In this document: positions 1 through 6,170 of the stretch, in pieces
Layout: each line of letters opens with the position of its first letter
How positions within the stretch are numbered: the stretch's first letter is position 1
DNA from: Promethearchaeota archaeon
GTDB lineage: Archaea; Asgardarchaeota; Thorarchaeia; Thorarchaeales; Thorarchaeaceae
Length of the DNA stretch: 10,073 nt
Direction: 5' to 3'
NCBI GenBank assembly: GCA_027031765.1
Contig: JALVPN010000179.1
Location: 1-10,073 of the forward strand
Program-made: the position numbers and the translations under genes
The notes under the pieces: generated by a model
What the model saw: the letters and a program-made list of their open reading frames with translations, nothing else
Told to the model about the DNA's origin: nothing
Databases searched by the model: none

Positions 1-179
1 TATACTAGACACCTGCAAGTGGGCGCGCCAGAAGGCCCCGGAAATGGTGTTTCGAGCGCTCCTGCGGGGGGACGCGTTGGTCTGGTGTGGAGGGTGGGCC
101 GCAGAGGCACTTTTCGGGCCCTCCGGCTTAACATCTGGCCACGGCGTATCTGGCCACCAGATGGATGGCCGTCGTGTCG

Positions 180-1658
180 TCACGGGTTGTATGCGAACGG
201 GTGACGGGCCGAGTCGCGCCGGGCGACAATCTCGTCAACGGTCTGTCGGCCCTCTATGGCACGTCTAAGCGCATGCCGTACGGCACGGAAGTTGTTGATG
301 TACACCCGACGTGGGTTGTTCGCGTTGGGGTGCACGAAGGCATTGACCACCACGACTATGTCGTCCAGGAGTTCTTCAGGGAGGATGCCATCGGTGATGG
401 TCCGCCGTACGGCGTCAGCAACAGCATGCTGGGCCACATCATAGACGAGGTGCCTGTGGCGCTCATGGGTGATCGTTACTGTGGAGGCGAAGACGACCGT
501 CACCTCGAGGTCCTTTACGAGGTTGCAGGAGTGGTGCCCCTCAGTGGTCTTGCCAACAATGTCGAGAGCGGCCTGGACGGGGCCGTCCTTGATGCCGAGC
601 ACCAGGTCTACATGTGCCACCTCCTGGCCCTCACCGCACAGCGACTCGCCATGCAGGAGGGTGAGGTCGGGGACCTCGTCTGGGACGAGACCGACAGCCT
701 TCGGGTACGACTCTGCCACCACGTACTTGTCACCCATGCGGTACCTCACGGGCCCACGTGGTATCAGGCGCAGGTCTTCCAGGCACGTGCGCAGCTCGTC
801 CAGGTCTTCATACCTGAACGAGTCACCACAGAGGAGGGGTCTGCGGGCATCGCCAACAGGCACACCCATCATGTTGAGGGCTGCCTTTACTGCGAGGCCG
901 CCACCCTTGTTGACGATGATACGCACCGCCTTCTGGATGCTGCGCTGGACTATCAGGGCCTCCTTCAGGTCGCCGCGAGCAAGTGCGGCCTGCATCTTGA
1001 TGTAGCGGTCGGGGAACACGTTCGCACTGGCAAGGACTGCCCCGTCGCAACCAGCAGCAAAGGCTGGTAGTGCGACCTCGTCGTGGCCGATGACCACCTG
1101 GAACCCTTCAGGCCTCCGGACAAGGATGGTCGTCAGGTTGACGAGGTTGCCACTGGAGTCCTTCATGCCCGCAATGCCATCAATCTCGCGGAGGCCGTCC
1201 ACAAGCCACCAGTCGAGGTTCACACCTGTGACCTGGGGGATGTTGTATACGAATACGGGCAGGCTACTTGCATTTGCGACGCGCTCGTAGTGCTCGTAGA
1301 TCTCCTTTGTTGTGGGCCGCAGGAAGTACGGTGTCACGACCAGCACCGCACTGGCACCGAGCTCTGCTGCACGGCGCGTGAGCTTGACAGCATCGCCGGT
1401 GTAGGCCGCGCCCGTGCCAGCGAGGACAGGCACACGCCCCTTTGCGGCCTCACAGGCAATACGGATTGCCTCCACCTTCTCGTCGAACGTCATGCTGGTG
1501 AACTCGCCGGTGGTACCGCATGGGACAATGCCGGTGGCGCCAGCATGGATGACATGGTCAATGAGCCCCCGGTACTGCTCCTCGTCGACGCCGTCTTCAT
1601 TGAACGGTGTGACGAGCGCCGGGTAGACACCTTTGAACTTGAACTGTTTCTCAGCCAT
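180..1658 (-). CDS. dapA: DapA/DHDPS-family class I aldolase fused to a C-terminal formaldehyde-activating enzyme (Fae) domain (paralogue A, ~492 aa)
   Basis: N-terminal ~300 aa carry DapA-family motifs PALVTPF, GTTGEF, GRVPVLAGTG, YNIP and the Schiff-base Lys in MKDSSG (codon 1161-1163). The C-terminal ~160 aa (approx. 180-660) match Fae: GESLCGEGQEVAHVDL, AQHAVADAV, DGILP, FVHP, ARHPF. Start placed at ATG 1658, 3 nt after SD GGGGGTGAT (1670-1662); ATG 1661 is an alternative, and the ORF-track start 1733 overlaps the upstream gene. The symbol is family-level only; true DHDPS activity is doubtful. Confidence 0.9.
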   Translation of the reverse strand: MAEKQFKFKGVYPALVTPFNEDGVDEEQYRGLIDHVIHAGATGIVPCGTTGEFTSMTFDEKVEAIRIACEAAKGRVPVLAGTGAAYTGDAVKLTRRAAELGASAVLVVTPYFLRPTTKEIYEHYERVANASSLPVFVYNIPQVTGVNLDWWLVDGLREIDGIAGMKDSSGNLVNLTTILVRRPEGFQVVIGHDEVALPAFAAGCDGAVLASANVFPDRYIKMQAALARGDLKEALIVQRSIQKAVRIIVNKGGGLAVKAALNMMGVPVGDARRPLLCGDSFRYEDLDELRTCLEDLRLIPRGPVRYRMGDKYVVAESYPKAVGLVPDEVPDLTLLHGESLCGEGQEVAHVDLVLGIKDGPVQAALDIVGKTTEGHHSCNLVKDLEVTVVFASTVTITHERHRHLVYDVAQHAVADAVRRTITDGILPEELLDDIVVVVNAFVHPNANNPRRVYINNFRAVRHALRRAIEGRQTVDEIVARRDSARHPFAYNP

Positions 1659-1661
1659 CAT

Positions 1662-1670
1662 ATCACCCCC
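1662..1670 (-). promoter_or_regulatory. Shine-Dalgarno site GGGGGTGAT containing the upstream gene's TGA stop
   Basis: Minus strand reads TGG GGG TGA T ATG ATG, an 8/9 match to the archaeal consensus GGAGGTGAT. Confidence 0.7.
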
Positions 1671-3063
1671 AGACCTGCGCCAACGCCTCACCAACGGCCT
1701 GTTCGGCGGCACGGGTGACCGCGCGTCGGTCATGCTCGTTCAGGTCGACATCCATCACCATGACCATCACTTCAGAGTGAACGGCACCAGCCGGTATCTT
1801 GCCAGCAGAGAGAGCAGACGCCACTGCCCGGGCGGCACCGGACTGGACCGGGCCATAGAACAGCGATGCCTGGCGCATGGACTTGATCCTCCGTGCCGGC
1901 AACATCAGGCTGCTCGGTCGGACGGGCAGGTTCGGCTCAAGGATCACAGTGAGTGCTTCATGCCCCACACGTGGTGCAGCGAGGAGCCTGACGAATGCCC
2001 GTCCCAGTGGCCCGCTCTTTGGGCCGGCTGCCAGCACCACAGAGACCGTGTCGTTGGATGCCCGGCCGGTACGGAGCCCTTCGATGGCCGCATCATCAAG
2101 ACCACAGTCGTAGAGGGTCTTGCTTATGTCTATATCCGACTTGACAGGCGGGCGCTCAAGCCCCCCGATGAGGCCCAGACGTCCGAGCTCAAGGCGCACC
2201 TCTTCTCGGAGCTCACGAGTAAGGGTACCGCCCGAGTCGAGGGGCATCCTCGGGTACCCTGCGTGGACTCCCATCATCCGGAGGGCGGCCTTGACCGGGG
2301 GCGCCCCACCGTTCCTCGTTATTATGCGCGACAGCGTCTGGACAGAGAGCTGCAGACGCCGTGCCTCCTCAATCTCCCCCTTGCGGACATGCTCCATTAT
2401 CTCCAACCAGACATGTGGGATGACGTTCGCAGAGGCGAGGATGGCTGCACTGGCACCAGCAGCGACAGCCGACAGGAAACACTCGTCGTGACCGATGAGC
2501 ACCGGCATCTTGTGGCCCACTTTCTGGATTAGTTCGAGAGTGTGTGGGATGTTGCCACTGCTGTCCTTTATAGCAACGATGTTGTCCAGCCCCGCGAGGT
2601 CTTCCACGACGTTTGACTGGAGTATGCCGAGGGTACACTGTGGGATGTTGTACATTATTACGGGCAGGTCCCCCTGCCGTGCGACTGTCGCGTAGTGTTC
2701 GTAGTAGCCCTTGTCAGTGGGACGCAGGTAGAATGGGGAGATGACGAGGGCCGCATCACAACCGATGTCAGCAGCGTACTTTGTCAGGGCGACCGTGGCC
2801 CTAGTGCTGTTCTGACCGGTACCAGCGACCACCGGCACGCGCCCGTCAACGAACTCGACGGCAAGACGCAGGACACGCTTCCGCTCCTCAGTACGCATGT
2901 ACACGAACTCGCCCGTCGTACCACACGGGACGACACCCGTTGCCCCCTTCTCTATCACGTAGTCAATGACCTCTCTGAACCCGTCCTCAAGCACATCACC
3001 GTCCTTGGTGAAGGGTGTCACGAGAGCAGGCATTACACCTGTCGGGACGAACCTCTTTGCCAT
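1663..3063 (-). CDS. dapA: DapA/DHDPS-family class I aldolase fused to a degenerate Fae-like domain (paralogue B, ~466 aa)
   Basis: Motifs PALVTPF, GTTGEF, GRVPVVAGTG, YNIP and IKDSSG (Lys codon 2566-2568). The C-terminal region (approx. 1663-2075) has Fae-like GPKSGP..AF, PNLPVRP, GPVQSGAARAV and GKIP, but no AHxD and no terminal HPF. Start set at ATG 3063 (MAKRF) because it aligns with paralogue A's start and lies ~40 nt below a BRE/TATA; the 3252 start lies upstream of that promoter. The symbol is family-level only. Confidence 0.9.
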   Translation of the reverse strand: MAKRFVPTGVMPALVTPFTKDGDVLEDGFREVIDYVIEKGATGVVPCGTTGEFVYMRTEERKRVLRLAVEFVDGRVPVVAGTGQNSTRATVALTKYAADIGCDAALVISPFYLRPTDKGYYEHYATVARQGDLPVIMYNIPQCTLGILQSNVVEDLAGLDNIVAIKDSSGNIPHTLELIQKVGHKMPVLIGHDECFLSAVAAGASAAILASANVIPHVWLEIMEHVRKGEIEEARRLQLSVQTLSRIITRNGGAPPVKAALRMMGVHAGYPRMPLDSGGTLTRELREEVRLELGRLGLIGGLERPPVKSDIDISKTLYDCGLDDAAIEGLRTGRASNDTVSVVLAAGPKSGPLGRAFVRLLAAPRVGHEALTVILEPNLPVRPSSLMLPARRIKSMRQASLFYGPVQSGAARAVASALSAGKIPAGAVHSEVMVMVMDVDLNEHDRRAVTRAAEQAVGEALAQVWG

Positions 3064-3101
3064 CGCGGGACACCAGCAGGGAGTGCAGCCCGCCCCCATC
3101 G

Positions 3102-3116
3102 TATTTAAGTTTCGGC
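3102..3116 (-). promoter_or_regulatory. Archaeal BRE + TATA box of the aldolase-Fae operon
   Basis: Minus strand reads GCCGAAAC-TTAAATA-C: a purine-rich BRE directly followed by an AT-rich box in otherwise GC-rich DNA, ~40 nt upstream of ATG 3063. Confidence 0.7.
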
Positions 3117-3344
3117 GTCCCGAGGACCAACAGGGGGGCGTACTCGCAGGGCCCACGGGTGCCACATGCAGCAGTATGTGGAGGCCCTGCACAGATAGCA
3201 CCGGTTGTGTACTGGAAACGCCACTGACATGTCCTGACCTCAGCGCTGACACTGTGTCCGGGCACTAGTGTGTGGTCGCGCTGACACCGCCGTGTCGGAC
3301 TCCCGGACACCCGCCATGACGCGCCGGGGCAGCGGCCGCACCCC

Positions 3345-3350
3345 TTAAGT
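3345..3350 (+). promoter_or_regulatory. TATA-like box (TTAAGT) for cutA, probably leaderless transcript
   Basis: The box centre is ~27 nt upstream of ATG 3375, the canonical archaeal TATA-to-TSS distance. No SD precedes the ATG. Confidence 0.55.
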
Positions 3351-3374
3351 CGGCAGCATTTCGTTGTAGAGACC

Positions 3375-3683
3375 ATGACCGAGTTCATCGTTGTACTGGC
3401 GACAGCACCGGAGGCCGAGGCCGAGAGGATAGCGCGGGCCCTAGTAGAACGCGGTCTGTGTGCCTGTGTGAACATCATTGGTGGTGTGAGCAGCATCTAC
3501 CGCTGGAAGGGGTCCATAGAGTCTGGTGCAGAGGCTGTACTCCTGATGAAGACAACGGCAGCCCTTCAGGAGCATCTCTACGAGGCACTCCGTGGACTCC
3601 ACCCGTATGAGGTCCCAGAGTTCATAGTGCTCCCAATAGTCGGTGGCAGCGACGAGTACCTCAACTGGTTGCGCGGCGAATAG
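3375..3683 (+). CDS. cutA: Divalent-cation tolerance protein CutA
   Basis: 102 aa with the family motifs LVERGLCACVNI, SIYRWKG, LLMKT, HPYEVPE and Y(L)NW. Confidence 0.95.
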   Translation: MTEFIVVLATAPEAEAERIARALVERGLCACVNIIGGVSSIYRWKGSIESGAEAVLLMKTTAALQEHLYEALRGLHPYEVPEFIVLPIVGGSDEYLNWLRGE

Positions 3684-3703
3684 GGCCCGTCCCAAGTGCC
3701 GGC

Positions 3704-6154
3704 TCACGCTATGCCAGCGCCCCGGGCTGCATACCGCAACGACTCGTTGAAGTACTTCCCGACGACCGCCGCAATCGCAGGCCCGACCACACGGTCAATG
3801 TCGCCGGCCATCATAGCACGGAGGTCAGCGCGGGGTGACAGCTTGCCACGCCGTTTCAGGTGGCCAATCTCCCGCTGGACTATTGAGCGGGCCTCTTCAA
3901 TGCGCATGGCCTCTGCAGACGTCCCGATCAGGCCACGCTTGATTGCAGTTATGGCGTCCATCACGAAGACAGCCAAGTTGTCGAGGTCGTCTGACGTCTT
4001 CATGTTGGCAGCACCATGTCGTGGACAGCTCTCTCCCGACGGAGCGGCACCACACAGTGTGCAGACCCTTCGCCCACGGTTGGAACGTACGTAGTATGAC
4101 AGGAGGTTGGCGCACTTGATGCTGTCATTGGGCCCCCACTCAAGGCCACGACTGCCCACACGCCCCACTGCCTTGAACGCCGTTGTGGCCTTCGTATGAA
4201 TCCACGAGACAACATCGATCATCCTGCGTTTCCGGTCGATGACTGCGCGTCCCTGCAGCTGGAGTTCGGCAGCCTCCTCCTCTTTCTTCATCTTCTTCTG
4301 GCGCTCGCGTTGCAGGAACCTGTGCATGATGTCGTATGCAATGGCATAGTTGTCAAACTCAAGGCCGTCGAGCCTGAGCGGGGCGTCCACAATGCCCTCG
4401 AACACGGGGCTCGGAGTACGCCTGAGCTCCTCCTTTGCAGAGTCCATGTCTGTGCCACTGAGGCGCGCGTGCATCCACGTACAAATAGTGGGTGCATCGA
4501 GGTCGGGCAGGACACACTTCGCCTCATATATGCGCCTTGATGCGAGGTCTATGAGTATCTCCTCCCGGAGGCTCTGTAGCCGGGGCTCAGTGTCCTCATA
4601 GATGCTCTTCAGCAGTGCCTTCATCCGCAGCAGGTCATTTTTCGACCGGATGTACATCTCGACAATACGGGTGAGGTTTGTGAGCAGCCCGGTAGTGAGG
4701 TGCCAGACAATGTCAAGGCGCAGTGCCAAGAGGCTCTCCTTCGTGCGCCGCTGCAGGCCCATCTCACCCGACGTCGTGGCCACGGCCCCGAGCTCACCGC
4801 TCTCGACCCGCCTGCGCACTTCCAGCAGGTGCACGACCTCTTCTGGAGGCGGCACCCGCATCTTCTTCTTGAGCTCTTCGAGGACCTGCACCTCAACACC
4901 GATGAGCGACTCCGGCGGCCGTGTGAGGACCTCTATGGTGACCTTGTCCAGTTCCGAGGCCCGCATGCCCCGTGCACGGAGGGCACCCTTGACAGGCTTC
5001 TCAAGAGCGCGTTCGAGCTTCTCAAGAGTGCGGAGGGAGCGTTCAATCTGGTCCAGCTCCGCCTGTGTGAGTGCGGGGCCGCCTGCTCCACCGGTCTCGA
5101 CCTGTCCCTCCTCGGCGACCTCCAATAGGCCACGGGCCAGCTGTTCACCATCGTCCAAGCCGGCCTGCCTCAGGCCCTTCCGCACTGTGTCCGGGGCAAG
5201 ACCGAGCAGGTGGGCGAGGAGCTCGGCTGCGTGCTGAGGGTCATCGAGTATCATACTACCGACCTCGCGTGCCATGGTACGTGCCATGCGGGCCTCGTAC
5301 TCCTCAAGCGTGGCAGGGCTCTCGAACTCCATCTGAAGGGCCTCCAGCAGCGAGAGTCGGAGTGCGTGGGCACGACGGATCACCGGGATATGCCTGGGCT
5401 CGACAAGGAGGCGTCGTGCCGTGTACTTTGCAATCACGGCCCAGACCTCCTCAGAGACCGGGGCGTGGAGCAGGCGGCCCCGGGGATACTCTAGACGCCC
5501 GAATATACGTTTCAGGGCCCGCTTGAGCACGGAGACCTCGATGACCTCGTACTCGTGCTCGCGCAGGAGTTCGTCACGCAGCGAGAGGGCCGACTCCTTC
5601 AGGCCCGACGCCCGTTCGTATAGCTCCCGGCGCCAATCGTCGCCCCACCCCGTCACCTGGACGACGAAGTCGACGTCCATTATGGGACCGTAGTCGCTCG
5701 GGATCTCAGCAAGGTGCTCACGTACGAGCTCGTCAGTCCTGTGCAGGACATCTGGGTCGTACGGGTCACCGTTGCCGAGCTCGTCACAGAAGCGGACCGT
5801 GAACTCGCTCACCAGACGCGCGATGTCAATCTCCTCGGTCAACCTGGTACCGAGGAACTGTCTACACTCGAGCTCCAGTTGACGGCGTTCCTCAGCAGCC
5901 ACATCGTCGTGTCCCTCTGTGGGCTGAGTGAACGCGGTCTCTGTGCTCTGCAGCCGGATACCACTGTAGTGGTACAGGTAGAAGCTGGCGAAGGACGAGA
6001 GTATGTCCTCGAACGGACGTGGCTCGCCTAGGATGGACGCAAGGGTAGTCCGGTCACGACTACTGCGCATATGGTTGACCAGTGCCTCCCGTAGTAGGAT
6101 TTCCTTGCCGGCCTCACTCATCTGACGGGTCCTCAAGACCCATGCCCGTGACAT
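3704..6154 (-). CDS. Large uncharacterised alpha-helical protein (816 aa) with a C-terminal CxxC-x8-CxxH Zn-finger motif
   Basis: 2.4 kb ORF with normal globular/helical composition. ATG 6154 is preceded by SD GGGGTGA plus 4 nt, overlapping the upstream stop. No family recognised. Confidence 0.85.
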   Translation of the reverse strand: MSRAWVLRTRQMSEAGKEILLREALVNHMRSSRDRTTLASILGEPRPFEDILSSFASFYLYHYSGIRLQSTETAFTQPTEGHDDVAAEERRQLELECRQFLGTRLTEEIDIARLVSEFTVRFCDELGNGDPYDPDVLHRTDELVREHLAEIPSDYGPIMDVDFVVQVTGWGDDWRRELYERASGLKESALSLRDELLREHEYEVIEVSVLKRALKRIFGRLEYPRGRLLHAPVSEEVWAVIAKYTARRLLVEPRHIPVIRRAHALRLSLLEALQMEFESPATLEEYEARMARTMAREVGSMILDDPQHAAELLAHLLGLAPDTVRKGLRQAGLDDGEQLARGLLEVAEEGQVETGGAGGPALTQAELDQIERSLRTLEKLERALEKPVKGALRARGMRASELDKVTIEVLTRPPESLIGVEVQVLEELKKKMRVPPPEEVVHLLEVRRRVESGELGAVATTSGEMGLQRRTKESLLALRLDIVWHLTTGLLTNLTRIVEMYIRSKNDLLRMKALLKSIYEDTEPRLQSLREEILIDLASRRIYEAKCVLPDLDAPTICTWMHARLSGTDMDSAKEELRRTPSPVFEGIVDAPLRLDGLEFDNYAIAYDIMHRFLQRERQKKMKKEEEAAELQLQGRAVIDRKRRMIDVVSWIHTKATTAFKAVGRVGSRGLEWGPNDSIKCANLLSYYVRSNRGRRVCTLCGAAPSGESCPRHGAANMKTSDDLDNLAVFVMDAITAIKRGLIGTSAEAMRIEEARSIVQREIGHLKRRGKLSPRADLRAMMAGDIDRVVGPAIAAVVGKYFNESLRYAARGAGIA

Positions 6155-6170
6155 CTCCTCACCCCACCTC
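6155..6170 (-). promoter_or_regulatory. Shine-Dalgarno region GAGGTGGGGTGAGGAG containing the upstream stop codon
   Basis: Minus strand reads GAG GTG GGG TGA GGAG ATG. Confidence 0.65.

Noticed and set aside
165-2532. Long plus-strand ORFs (165..1070, 1083..1718, 1633..2532) and similar ones opposite the other genes
   Set aside because: Antisense shadows of well-supported GC-rich genes, with no recognisable motifs or RBS.
3146-3193. Hairpin followed by ACA as a possible H/ACA guide RNA; CTGA repeats as possible C/D-box D motifs
   Set aside because: There is no symmetric pseudouridylation pocket or K-turn, and no RTGATGA C box.
3064-3252. N-terminal extension of aldolase B in the ORF track
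   Set aside because: It spans the BRE/TATA promoter and has no counterpart in paralogue A.
5183-5195. 13-bp match CACTGTGTCCGGG with 3250-3262
   Set aside because: A match of this length is expected by chance in 10 kb of GC-rich DNA, and this copy is inside a coding region.
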